Shown here piece after piece: positions 1 to 15,292 of a DNA stretch of 56,545 nt. The stretch lies in assembly GCA_964016885.1 (NCBI GenBank), contig CAXHJY010000201.1, positions 1 through 56,545 on the forward strand, given 5' to 3'. The stretch's first letter is position 1. The number at the start of each line of letters is the position of its first letter. The translations under genes were made by a program, and so were the position numbers. The DNA is from Eledone cirrhosa (lineage: Eukaryota). The notes beneath the pieces were generated by a model that saw only the letters and a program-made list of their open reading frames with translations, made no database searches and was not told the DNA's origin.

Positions 1-606
1 ATACTGCTAATCACCGCCCTACAAACATCAAATCATGTATATATGGTAGAATGCATTTATGCATGTATGTATGTATGTATAATGATATATAGATTTGCTG
101 GACGCGTTGTGAAAAGTGTAGTATACACTATTTTCTTGAAACATGTAACTGTGAATTGAAAGCTAAATAGATTATGATATCGAACCAATACTATTTTACC
201 CTCCCTCTTCCTCTCTCTCTCTCTCTCTCTTTCTATCTGCCCCCCTCTCTTTCTCACTCTCTCTGTTTATTCATATATATACGCATACATATATCAAAAG
301 GAATGAAAAGTGTACCCAAAATATGTTGTGTCGCTTGAAAAGGTGTGGCACAGTCTAAGTAAGATTTGTAATACTACAAATTTCACAGCCGCAATAAATC
401 ATGTCTCTCTCTATTTCGGAGTGCGCGCGCGCACACACACACACACCATATTTTTAGATATATATGTGTGTGTAAATATATATGTCTATATGTGTATATA
501 TATATAATGTTTGTGTTTATATATGTGTATATAATGTGTGTGTTTATATATGTGTATATATGTGTTTGTATATATGTGTATATATGTGTTTGTATATATG
601 TGTTTA

Positions 607-1143
607 TGGCGGACTAAACTGGCAACCCACCAAGGTTTCTTGGTGAGGAGGGTGACTTTGGACATCCTGCAGGACTAAAAACAAACCTGTGAAAGGCAAA
701 GGGGCTCTGAAGAGTCAATGGCCATCCAAAATCACCTGGAGAGATGACCCTTAGCCTTTGTCAAGGCAGAATTCTAGAGAAGGAAAACTCTGATATAACA
801 CCTGCAACCCTGATGGTATCCAATGATGTTGACTTGTTCTTCTTTTTGGTAAATATCATCTTGGTTAAGAGAGTGGGACTGGCTTTGTGCAGTGCCTTTT
901 GCTCACTATAAAAGCTTCACGGCACAGGCATTGCTTATATCTGGAGATCTCTCTGCACTTGTCGTCCACATGGTACCATGGGCCAGCACTATGTGTCAAT
1001 AATTGTCACAAGTGTAGTGTTTGTACCCAGAGTTTTCAAGTTGCTGGCTGGACTAAAATGTCACTCGTTCAGCGCATTGGTAGGAGTTCTCCTACATGGA
1101 TATAAAGTAGTGGCCGTACTCGAAACGAGTTGGCAGCCACCAT
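607..1143 (+). mobile_element. Non-autonomous RTE-derived bipartite element (SINE-like), copy 1, 5'-truncated
   Basis: Near-identical to 22667-23257 and the reverse complement of 34101-34712. Ends in an RTE-type C2H2-finger coding remnant and the stem-loop TGGCCGTACTCGAAACGAGTTGGCAGCCACCAT, followed by a TA array. Confidence 0.8.
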
Positions 1144-1147
1144 ACTA

Positions 1148-1148
1148 T

Positions 1149-1186
<38 letters not shown>

Positions 1187-1203
1187 TATAAATGTATATA
1201 TAG

Positions 1204-1245
<42 letters not shown>

Positions 1246-1510
1246 AATGTATGTATATATATGTATATATATATGTATATATATATATATATATATATAA
1301 ATGTATGTATATATATGTATATATATATATATGCATATATATATGTATATATATATATATATATATGTATATATAAGTATATATATATATGTATATATAA
1401 GTATATATATATATGTATATATAAGTATATATATATATGTATATATAAGTATATATATATATGTATATATATGTATGTATATATATATGTATATATATGT
1501 ATATATATTG

Positions 1511-1555
<45 letters not shown>

Positions 1556-1679
1556 GTATATATATGTATATATATGTATATATATGTTATATATATGTAT
1601 ATATATGTATATATATATATATATGTATATATATGTATATATATGTATATATATGTATATATATGTATATATATGTATA

Positions 1680-1770
<91 letters not shown>

Positions 1771-1775
1771 GTATA

Positions 1776-1825
<50 letters not shown>

Positions 1826-1831
1826 TATATA

Positions 1832-1892
<61 letters not shown>

Positions 1893-1991
1893 GATATATA
1901 TGTATATTATATGTATATATATATATATATGTATATATATGTATATATATGTATATATATATATATATATGTATATATATGTATATATATG

Positions 1992-2045
<54 letters not shown>

Positions 2046-2048
2046 ATG

Positions 2049-2095
<47 letters not shown>

Positions 2096-2224
2096 GCACT
2101 TATATGTATATAGGTATATTTATGCACTTATATGTATATAGGTATATTTGTATTTATATATATGTGTGTGTGTGTATACGGAAATCAATTCTAAGGAATG
2201 TTCCATTATGATCCTACACACATA

Positions 2225-2272
<48 letters not shown>
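1148..2272. repeat. Interrupted (TA)n/(TATG) microsatellite array
   Basis: Direct reading. Confidence 0.95.
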
Positions 2273-2276
<4 letters not shown>

Positions 2277-2690
2277 CGGTGAGAGGGAGACGTATTTCGA
2301 GAACCCATTTTACACTATGCTGGTTAATGTTTAGATGTGGATATTTTGACAGGACCAAATGCAGTTAGCGTGAAATCAGTTTTGATTATATTTTCGTATT
2401 AGTATTACTATTCTTCTTTCTTAAAAAAAATCGATCAGTACTCCATCATTATTCTTTATGTAACTGCAAATACTTTCCTACTTAGTTTCTAAATTCTTTC
2501 TTTATAACTTTAGATTTTTTTTTTGTTAATGTTTCTGCTGAACAGTGTATAAACTCTCGCTTTGTAATTTTCGACGATGTAGCAGATATATTTCCATTTG
2601 AACTTGGATGTATTCACAGATTTTCAGTGCAGTTTATATCAGACACAAGCTACACAGTTAAACAGTTCATTATGACAAATAGAGAAAATC

Positions 2691-2901
2691 ATGGTTTCCT
2701 ATTTAAGCACAAGACCAGCAATTTGGCGGGAGGGGCAGGTTCTATTAAATCGACGTCAGTTCGTGGACTGGTACTTTATTTTATCGACCCCCGTAAGAAT
2801 GAAAGGCAAAGTTAACCTCGGCAGGATTTGAACTCAAATCATAAACTCTATGCTGACAATCCATGACGTCCGACCCTCTACCGATACTGCCAATCGACTG
2901 C
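2691..2901 (-). mobile_element. tRNA-type SINE, octopod-like family
   Basis: Reverse complement contains a B-box-like GAGTTCAAATCC, the core GAGGTTAACTTTGCCTTTCAT..GGGGTCGATAAAATAAAGTACCAG and a CTTGTGC..GAAACC tail. Shared with other copies in the window. Confidence 0.85.
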
Positions 2902-2920
2902 GTTACTAAGAGACACATTA

Positions 2921-3143
2921 ATGGTTTCTTATATAGGACACAAGGCCAGCAATTTTGGGGGTAGGGGAAAGTCGATTGAATTGTCCCCAGTGCGTGACTT
3001 GTACTTTATTTTATCGACCATGTACGGATGAAAGACAAAGTTAACCTCGGCGAGATTTGAACTGAGACCAGAAAGGGCCGTAGAACTCAATGATGCAAAA
3101 CATGGCGTCCCGACCATCTACCGATACTGTCAATTCACCGCCC
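2921..3143 (-). mobile_element. tRNA-type SINE, second unit of a tandem pair
   Basis: Same core as 2691-2901, immediately adjacent. Confidence 0.85.
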
Positions 3144-3359
3144 TACAACGAGACAAAATAATAGAATAGTAAGCATTGTTGAAAATCAAGCTGGGAATTC
3201 ATAATCCCTTATTCTAAAACATGTTCTTTCTTATATGAACTGTTTCAAATGTATACAAGCATGATTGAATTGGTGTCTTACTTTTATAAACAGTGGAAAT
3301 ACAAACATGTATTCCATGGAAGTCATACGGGATTAATTAAAATATTTTTAATATTTGTG

Positions 3360-3515
3360 AAGGCGCGAGGTTGAATTCAAATCCCGCTGAGGTTAACTTT
3401 GCCTTTCATCCTTACGGGGTCGATAAAATAAAGTACCAGTCACACGCTGGGGTCGAGTAATCCCCTTTCCCTTCCCCAAACATCTCTGGCCTTGTGCCTA
3501 TATAAGAAACCAATA
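3360..3515 (+). mobile_element. tRNA-type SINE (partial head)
   Basis: TTCAAATCCCGCTGAGGTTAACTTTGCCTTTCATCCTTACGGGGTCGATAAAATAAAGTACCAG...CTTGTGCCTATATAAGAAACC. Confidence 0.85.
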
Positions 3516-3520
3516 TTTTT

Positions 3521-3795
3521 GAAGGCGAATGACCTAATGGGTACCATGATTGGCGTTGCATCAAAATGTCATAGGTTTAAAATCCTGGGGAAGCCTGCTA
3601 CATTTTGTTTCTTGACCAAAGACTGTATTCACATTGTTCCATTACATTCAGGTAAGAGTGAGTACCAGCAATAGTTGGGAAGTTAATCCAGTGATAGCCC
3701 GCTGTTCTATCCTGCGATACATCGGCGTCCTATCATATATTGAGCTCTTAGTCGGTTTAACGCCAAGAAAGCCGGAAATAAGAACCGGCCTGATG
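3521..3795 (+). mobile_element. Degenerate SINE of a second family
   Basis: tRNA-like head (GGCGAATGACCTAATGG..GGTTTAAAATCCTGG), central GAGTGAGTACCAGCAA block and GGAAATAAGAACCGGCCTGATG tail. Family recognised by eye only. Confidence 0.45.
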
Positions 3796-4485
3796 AAAAA
3801 AGATAGTTAACAAGAAAACTAATTACATTACATGCAGAAAAAGTTTCTTTGGATTATATAAAGCAATAGAATCAATACAATTTGCGGGAGAAAGTAGAGC
3901 ACAAAATCATTGAGCCAATTAATGCATTGGAAAACGAATTTGAGGAGCGCAATAATATTGCAATAATGACACATCAGAAATTGTGAGATCTTAAGTATGG
4001 GGGAAATGATTGCATTCTATTGAAAGACAACGTCGCCAATATGTCGCCGAAATCCCTAAGCATGAACACATAGCAACAAAGATAAAGTCAAGTGCACACA
4101 TTTATAACTTATTCCCACGTCGGGCATAGTAGAATTATAAATTGGACATACGATTAATATTCAAAGTTAGGACAGCAACATCTGGCATTCATAGCTTTTA
4201 TAGGTAGATTACGCCTAGAGAGTTTAATTTCAATAACGGATAGAGTAGTGTTATCTAAAATTAACTGCCCCTATTTTCCACAGAGAGATTGAACAAATAT
4301 TAATAAGCTGGTGAGATTGGGGTTAGAATAAAAGTCGGGGGAGGGAGTAAATCAGACACATTATGATGGGGTGGGTAAGGGTATTCAAGGTATGTAAGTA
4401 TGTCAATTATTGACAGACGTAAGAATGAAAACTCAATACCAAACTAAAATTTAAATATCCATTTAATATTGCTAAGCCTTTTTAC

Positions 4486-4553
4486 TCTGGAGTCTCACGT
4501 GCGTATTCACCAGACAAGACTGGTGATCCTGAGTACGCACGTGAAACTTCAGA
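4486..4553. repeat. Imperfect inverted repeat/hairpin with 24-bp arms
   Basis: TCTGGAGTCTCACGTGCGTATTCA ... TGAGTACGCACGTGAAACTTCAGA, 3 mismatches. Confidence 0.8.
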
Positions 4554-5379
4554 CAAACAACGCTGAATAAATTGGGTATAATTCCAGTTTTTTTATTAAA
4601 TGCTAACAAGCTCTATATATTATCCCCTTACGAAAGAGCACAGAGCATAATTATTTTGAAATATATATATATATACAGTGTCGGCAGAACTGGGGTGGGG
4701 GTCATGCCACCCTCCAATAATTATACTTCCTCCCCAAACTAGAAAAACACACATCTATTTGGGTATGCACTACAATTTATATACATGTTATGTTTATCAC
4801 ATATGGAAGTTTTCGACCACTTTAGTGTACAAAGAGCTAAACTAATCACTACAGCTAACACTGTCCAAATCCCCCCCCCCCCTCCACAATTCAGAAATGG
4901 TTTCACTGCCCTTGTTATGATATGCATATATTGACTTGTTACATGTAATGATACGCCGTTTGTAATGTCTCATAGTAGGTTTAATAAACATCAATGCTGT
5001 AGTCTTTAACTCGATTTGTTTGGAATTATTTAAATCCTCCCGCATTTAACAACCCTTTATAATTGGACACTGAAACTAACTACCAATTATTCCTGTGATT
5101 GGACATTTATACACGTTCTCTCAGACCCCGATGAATATTCAGTTATAAAAGTCATTATGAAACAATCGAATTAGAAATGCTCTTGATATTGTATTAACTA
5201 GAATATGGGTATCGAACATAGAAATATTACCTGGCATCATGTGCTCTTCATGAATTATTAACAACAAATAGAGATATACATAAATTAAGCTTTAAAAATA
5301 TAAGCAGAAGTAACACGCACACGTATAATTACAAGGTTTGCGCTGATTTCTGCAATTAAATCGCGCAATAAAAATAACA

Positions 5380-5542
5380 GTTTCTGATGTAGGCACAGAC
5401 CAACAATTTAAGTCGATTAAATCGACCCAGAAACGTTACTGGTGCTTTATTTCATCGACACACTAATGTTGAAATGCGGGATATGAAATCTATGTTGTGA
5501 TGTATGGTGTCCCTTGCTAAACGGATGCTGCTAATTCACCGC
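5380..5542 (-). mobile_element. Degenerate, internally deleted tRNA-type SINE
   Basis: GGCACAGACCAACAATT..ACTGGTGCTTTATTTCATCGAC..AATTCACCGC matches the main SINE family. Confidence 0.6.
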
Positions 5543-6650
5543 AATACAATTAATACACTTTAAAAATAATCACACAATATTTAATAATTGAGCGTTATTT
5601 AAGTCACACTTTGAAAGAAAAAATATACGAAATAAGTATTGAAATCAATATAAAGTTTTTACACGTCTGGTGTGGAATATGTCTGCAAAAGCAAGCAAAT
5701 TATCTCCAATAATTCTATATCACCTATATTACCTATTCCTTCTATAAACATCCTTTTTCCTCTCTATTTCACATTTCCTTGATGCCAGATTCTAGATTAA
5801 ATCGAATTCTGATTGATAAAACTCGAAATTCGCTACTATTAAGCTACATGTATCCGGCAATTAAGGCAGTACTGCCACATACAACTCTGACATTATATTC
5901 GAAATATTATACAAATGTTGAATATATGTTCACCCACTCAACACGAATGACTTGTGTCTCGGAATAGAAATCGCTATGTTAACTCACATGGACCTACTTG
6001 GACAAATAAGGTATTTACCAATTACAAATTTTAATCCATTGAAAATAAATAATGAGTTTTCAAAATATAAATCATAGTCAAAGCTTAACTGTGGTATTCT
6101 AAATGTTACGGTCAAACTTGAATATATTACTTAGAATGAATTACATAAGATTATAAATGTTTTAAAGTGAATTGTAATTAAATAACAAAATCAAGTGTTA
6201 TTAATTAGTCCAACGAGGAAATCGATTGTGCGAAAATATGTATAGATGAAGAAATAAATCAACCTACTGAGAAAAATAGAAAAAGCGTAAATATATAACT
6301 AGATAGGATAAAACAATGTTTAACGTGAAATATTTCTGAAACATTCAGTAATATTTTACAAGAAACATACCTCCTATTGATAGATGTGAAACAAGTCAAC
6401 TAAATGCTAAACACCCAAGTGTAGTAGTAGAAAACCTGACCGTATGGAAAAACACACTGAATACATTACTTGTGAAAATTGTACATACACACACAGACAT
6501 ATATTTATACATATATATATATAGCAATATTGTAATATAAAATTAATTTGTATAGAGCTACATGTGAAGTCATTCTTTTCCTTTTTTTCAAATATACCTA
6601 ACTGTACAAAGGATTTCACACATTTTCATATATGTATATATATATATATA

Positions 6651-6779
6651 TTGACTCTGATTCCAATTGACTTATATCGTTGAAAATTTTGTATTTTAAA
6701 CATTGCTTCACATCTTCTACATACAGATTACATTGAGTTCTCCATACGGTTTAGACCCTACCATTGATTGGTAGATTTA

Positions 6780-6782
<3 letters not shown>
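6651..6782. repeat. ~130-bp dispersed repeat ending at a TA array, copy 1
   Basis: Starts TTGACTCTG and ends TACATTGAGTTCTCCATACGG..CTACC..GGTAGATTTATCT. Homologous to 11946-12076. Confidence 0.7.
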
Positions 6783-6816
<34 letters not shown>

Positions 6817-7616
6817 ACACACTTATATGAATAATAAGCAGTAGGAGAAGGAGCTACCTACGGCAAAGTGATATACTTAACCTAGTGAAATACACTTATT
6901 CTTAAGAAGTGTTTTGTTCATTTCTGAAACAGACTGACGAGGTATTCTACGCAGTCATCCACTACAATAAATGTAAAAGCAAAACTTTCCTCGTATGACT
7001 CGCCACCGTCTTGGAAATTTTTCCTGTCGGATCCATTGTTTGGATACATATGGGAAACCGACGGGGCAGTCACAGCTGAAATTATTTACATCGCGCGTCT
7101 ACTCGATTAATGTTGCTCAGGGCTAAACCTGCAACAGCAACTACGATATTAATTATGAAATATGTTATCGAAATCAGGAAACACTATTATTTTATACCGA
7201 AGTGTATTAATTTGTCTAAAGTATCATATGTAAATATATTAATTGCAAATATATTAAATCAGTTACAATTTCATAAATCGTAACATCGTAACACCGTCGG
7301 AATTGATTACTTTTCAATGAGAATTGAGACATTGGATATGATGTGTGAATGTGTTAAGTGATCAAACATATTGCAAAAATATATCGGCAATTAATCTATA
7401 ACAGTAGCTTCAGGTGTATAAATATTTGTATTTATATGCTGAATCTTACAGCATATATTACTCATATGACAATTTTTTTTTTTTGGAAACGCCAGTAATC
7501 AATATATGTGCAATAATGAGGTAACGTTCTACTCTCACACTCTAAGAGAATCAATGTGTTACCATCATAGAAGGAAGCAGAAATATGTATATGTATATAT
7601 ATATATATATATATAT

Positions 7617-7895
7617 GTCCCTCTCTCCCCCATCCATCCGACCACCACCTCTACACTTGTCACACCCTTTCACCACTTGTTTTCATTTTCATTTTTTTTT
7701 CTTTCACTTTAATGTCTTTCCACCTCTCCCCCTTCACACACTCGCGGAGCTCGTTCACTTCCCAACTATCTCCTGGTGAAAGGCTTATGCCCGAAACGTC
7801 AATCCTGCAGCACCCCACTCTCAAGCGTGAACCTAATAACAACACTGTTCGAAACTGTTCTCCTTGTTATTGTTTGTATTTTTTACTTTTCCAAT
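7617..7895 (+). mobile_element. Solo Penelope-like terminal repeat fragment with degenerate hammerhead motif
   Basis: TA-flanked. Contains CTGGTGA-AAGGC-TTAT-GCCC-GAAACGTC at 7773-7800 (one core change from CTGANGA; palindromic stem III as in Penelope minimal hammerheads). Confidence 0.6.
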
Positions 7896-8463
7896 ATATA
7901 TATATATAAACCACAAACCCTCCATCTCAATTCTACTTTTGAAAAGCATAAGAACTGCGAAACCGCTAAAGTAAACAAATAAATATTCTTAAAAGGACTC
8001 CAGTACCTTTTTCGATTCCATCTTTCTTCCTTGTACTTTCATTCGTGTAGGACATCGCGTTTTTTGTTCTCATTTTTGAAAAAAACAACTCATTTTCTAA
8101 TGTATATATATATATTTACCGTGAAGGTTGAAAGCAGCGATTCGTTGCTTACACTTTAATCTGTTATTTTAATAAATAACTATATATATATATTTATATA
8201 TTAGAAAGTGAGGGATTTTTTTACAAAATGAAAAATAACTGAGGTGTTCTACACGAGTGAAAGTATAAGGAAAAAATATGAAATCGAAAATGCAACAATA
8301 TATTTATTTGGTTCCTTTACCGTTCTTTTGCAGTTCTTCTGCTTTTCAAAAGTAGAGTTGTGATGGAGGGTCTGTGTTTTTTCTCACACCGGTAATGGAA
8401 CCATATATACATATATATATATATGTATATATATACATATATATATATATGTATATATATATA

Positions 8464-9063
8464 GAAAGAACTAGGAACAAAGCTAATAGAATAAACTCAT
8501 GGTATGATAGCAATAAATACCAGAGTGTAATGTTCATCGATACAACCCCTAGAGGGGAATTAGCTTACAAATTTAGAAGGGCCCTAAACAAACATAAACT
8601 CAATATTAAGATAGTAGAAAGACCAGGTACCTCCGTAAAAACACTTATTAGCAAGACATACCCTTTTCAAAGACCCTCATGTATAGATAAGAAATGTATA
8701 ACCTGTAAAATAAGCCCACATATTAACTGCAAAACTAGAAATGTAGTGTATAGCATAAGATGTACTGAAGGACAATGTAGAGACAAAAATATATTGTACA
8801 TAGGTGAGACAGCTCGTAGTGTAGGAGAACGGATAAATGAACACTGGCGAGACCTTCAAGATAGTAAAGAATCATCTGTACTCTACCAACATGCTAAAAT
8901 AGAACACAAGGGTAAATTAGAGAACATAGAAATAAAAATAGAATCTACACACAGAACAGACGCAATGTTTAGACAAATTACAGAGGCAATAAACATAAAA
9001 GAATTACAACCAAAATTAAATAGAAAATATGAGTGGAACAGCAACATCACAACTTACAATTAA
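8464..9063 (+). mobile_element. Penelope-like element 3' coding fragment: Cys-rich linker + GIY-YIG endonuclease
   Basis: Open frame ...CIDKKCITC...CKTRNVVYSIRC...LYIGETARSVGERINEH...RQITEAINI...PKLNRKYEW. 5'-truncated at a TA array. Confidence 0.9.
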
Positions 9064-9465
9064 GGACAAAATGAAAACACACACACACATAGAACAAACA
9101 ACCAACCAGTAACATGTAAATAAACAAATAAATAAATGAACATAAACACACACATACACCCGGATGTGGCGCATGCGCAGACTGAGAACACAACACACAC
9201 ACACAGAAACATAATGGCGTAGGACAGAACAAAGGAGAGACACAGAAACAAAGAAAGGAATCCTCAGTCAGTGAAGAGGTCACATAGTGTGTGACGAAAG
9301 AACTATGACAATATATAAACAACTATCTGGTTGTAGAACCAACCAACGAACCAGAAATTTATAAATGTATAAATTTATTATAAATTTATTATAATAAATT
9401 GAAGTGAAAGCAACTGGTTCGTGTGTTTCTTGTGGGCAACATGACCCTCCCAAAGTATAACAATA
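9064..9465 (+). mobile_element. Penelope-like terminal repeat (pLTR/3' UTR)
   Basis: Follows the GIY-YIG ORF, carries a hammerhead motif and ends ATGACCCTCCCAAAGTATAACAATA. A related copy lies on the minus strand at 36493-36900. Confidence 0.7.
9267..9309 (+). ncRNA. Minimal type I hammerhead ribozyme motif (core C3 changed to G)
   Basis: GTCA-GTGAAGA-G-GTCACA(TAGTG)TGTGAC-GAAA-GAAC-TA-TGAC: stem I GTCA/TGAC, 6-bp stem II. Confidence 0.7.
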
Positions 9466-9826
9466 TCGGTTTCAACACACGATTTCAGATAAAGAATCTT
9501 GCTAAACAAATTCAGAAACGAAATATATATTATACATTTTCAATATTGTTATTACGGTGGATTCTAGTACTATATAATAAATTGCCGTATGAATAAGGAC
9601 GTCATTTGGTGCATGAGTTGGGTGTTTTACGAAGCGAAAAAATAAACAATACAATTGATTTGCTGTCACACAATTCTGAAGAAAGTGTTTCTTTTGTTTT
9701 AATTAATATAATGGAATAGCTATGAATAATGTTTTGATTCAATTTCAGAGAGATGCATTTATATTTTGGTATGATTCAAATTCTGTTTCAATTTAAACTG
9801 TGACCAGCAACTGAAAGCATGCGTAC

Positions 9827-11752
<1,926 letters not shown>

Positions 11753-11755
<3 letters not shown>

Positions 11756-11944
11756 AAATATTAAACAAATAATGAACAAACAATTCCTTATATTAAACAA
11801 AAAAAGTTCACTATTTAACGATCGTTTCTAGGGTATATATGTGTTATAATTGGTATGCATATACCCTAGAAACGATCGTTAAATAGTGAACTTTTTTTGT
11901 TTAATATAAGGAATTGTTTGTTCATTATTTGTTTAATATTTTAT
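11753..11944. repeat. Perfect inverted repeat, 86-bp arms, 20-nt spacer
   Basis: 11753-11838 is the exact reverse complement of 11859-11944. Confidence 0.95.
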
Positions 11945-11945
11945 C

Positions 11946-12075
11946 TTGACTCTGTATACCGTTTATCTTTCACCGAAAGTGGATTTTCATTACATCTCTT
12001 CTTTCCATGATATCCGGAATACATTGAGTTCTTCATACGGATTGGACACTACCGTAAACTCTTGGTAGATTTATC

Positions 12076-12076
<1 letters not shown>
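11946..12076. repeat. ~130-bp dispersed repeat ending at a TA array, copy 2
   Basis: Homologous to 6651-6782 at both ends. Confidence 0.7.
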
Positions 12077-13400
<1,324 letters not shown>

Positions 13401-13669
13401 GTGTGTATGTTTGTGTGTACGTGTGCGTGCGTGTGTAGATATATACTTATGAAAGATTTGTGTACAGTATGCAATAAAGTATTATTTTCTTTCACGTTAT
13501 TTGCATAAGAGAAGACAGATATTGTAAAATCAATTGTGAATATTGGGAGAAATATCCTTGGAAATCATTCCTCAATTTTCATTTGAAGTTGCTTTGGTTA
13601 GATTTACATTAGGCATGATATATTAAAATTTATACTTCAAATTAGTAACGCCTCTGATTAGAGATCATT

Positions 13670-13860
13670 GGATTGGCATAATCGGTAGATGGTCGGACAT
13701 CATGCTTTGCAGCATAGAGTTACGGTCATTGCCTTTTTGAGTTTAAATCCCGCCGAGGTTAACTTTGCCTTTCATCCGTTCGCGGTCGATAAAGATAAAA
13801 TGAAGCACCAGTAATGTACTGGGTAATTGCTGGCCTTGTGCCAAAAGTAGAAACAATTAT
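13670..13860 (+). mobile_element. tRNA-type SINE
   Basis: A-box-like TGGCATAATCGG, B-box-like GAGTTTAAATCC, family core and CTTGTGCCAAAAGTAGAAAC tail. Confidence 0.85.
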
Positions 13861-14190
13861 ATGTGAGCTGCATCATCCTGATGCAAAGTTTGCTCTGATT
13901 AATCCCCCAAAACATATTATTCTACACAATCTATATAATTTAACAACCGAACATATGCTAAGTGATGGGATTTATTGAAATACGTATTTTTACAATTTTA
14001 CATCAATTATTTTTATATGGGACTTGCAGGCATATCGAACGAATGACACTAAACAACCATCTCTCATGTTTACGACTCTGCAGCTACACAACCATATTCA
14101 TTCACAAAGACACGCACACACACATATATAACGGACCAGAGTACTCATTGCTTATGGTTGTAGAGTGAGTAATAGGAAGCTAATCAAGAC

Positions 14191-14260
14191 ACCGAACGCT
14201 GAGCTCCGGCCGTTTCGACTCGCATACAGCTGTCGAATCGGTCGTAGCTCAGCCGTCGGT
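14191..14260. repeat. GC-rich imperfect inverted repeat with 29-bp arms (possible MITE core)
   Basis: ACCGAACGCTGAGCTCCGGCCGTTTCGAC / GTCGAATCGGTCGTAGCTCAGCCGTCGGT, 5 mismatches. Confidence 0.8.
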
Positions 14261-14336
14261 ATCCTGACTCTTTTCCTTCATATATATGAATATATGAATA
14301 TATGAGTATATATATATATATATATTCCTGAGAGGA

Positions 14337-14520
14337 TCATAGTGAAAGAGTCATCAAACACTCCTTCCAGCAGGTCCTGTCTGAAGCAGCCGTCTCCAAG
14401 CGTAACCAACCAAGTTCATGTATATTATCGAAACACCCTGCATATGATCTACCAGTGAGTCTCCCAAATTTTGTTTTCGCCCGTGAAATCTGTCCAACGT
14501 TTCTTTCCCCTAGTATCGAA
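14337..14520 (-). mobile_element. Degenerate RTE-type LINE C-terminal fragment
   Basis: Translation GERNVGQ...ELGWLRLETAASDRTCWKECL resembles the RTE terminal GxRxxGR...AxDRxxW motif. Confidence 0.5.
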
Positions 14521-14808
14521 ACATTTGTGTGCGTGTATGTGGTTGTGTCTGTGTGGGTGTACATACATGATATATATTTCTAATTGAGAGTTAAAATTCA
14601 TATATACCAGAGGAATAATAAATATTTGTAATTCAGAAAAGCTCTTGAATTTCAAAAATTGAGGAGTGGATTAGCGATGTAATTTACGATTACACAAACC
14701 ATGCGCGCTCACTCACATAGGACTCCCACCACTTAAAAGCATTCACACACAAGCACATAAAGACAAATATATAAATATACACATTTATATATATATATAA
14801 ATATACAA

Positions 14809-14851
<43 letters not shown>

Positions 14852-15039
14852 AGCAAATTATAAACGTAAACATGTAAGTATGTTTTTGAAACGGTGCGCG
14901 AGTTTGAAATTAAAAATTATAAGCTTTCACCGTATTTTAGACTAAAGAAATTTCTAGCCTGATAGTGGGGTTTATAACCCTCGGAGAAATGGAAAAAGAT
15001 GAGTGTTGCCGTACACACACACACACATATATATATATA

Positions 15040-15292
15040 ATATTAAATAAATGGAAACTATATTTATAAAACCATATTTATTTCATTATATATATTTCAG
15101 GGATATCATATTAACAATATGTTATGCCTTCTTCAGACAAAATACAATATAAACAGTCTTATACATAAATAGATACGACATACCTTTCAATCGACTTGCA
15201 TTTGGGAAGTTGATTTGGCATATATTGAGTGCTTTTATATCAGTTATAAATATTTACTCGTTGTTAACCCAACAATTTAAATATAACTTTCC
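15040..15292 (-). mobile_element. Penelope-like terminal repeat fragment with hammerhead-like motif
   Basis: TA-flanked. Minus strand 15138-15087 reads CTGAAGA-AGG(long hairpin)CCT-GAAA-TATATA. Confidence 0.5.

Noticed and set aside
4676-4914. Possible MITE with CAG..GGGG / CCCC..TG ends
   Set aside because: Terminal inverted repeats are too degenerate and no TSD is visible.
13670-13760. tRNA-like A/B boxes as a tRNA gene
   Set aside because: This is a SINE head with no cloverleaf, and it continues into the SINE core.
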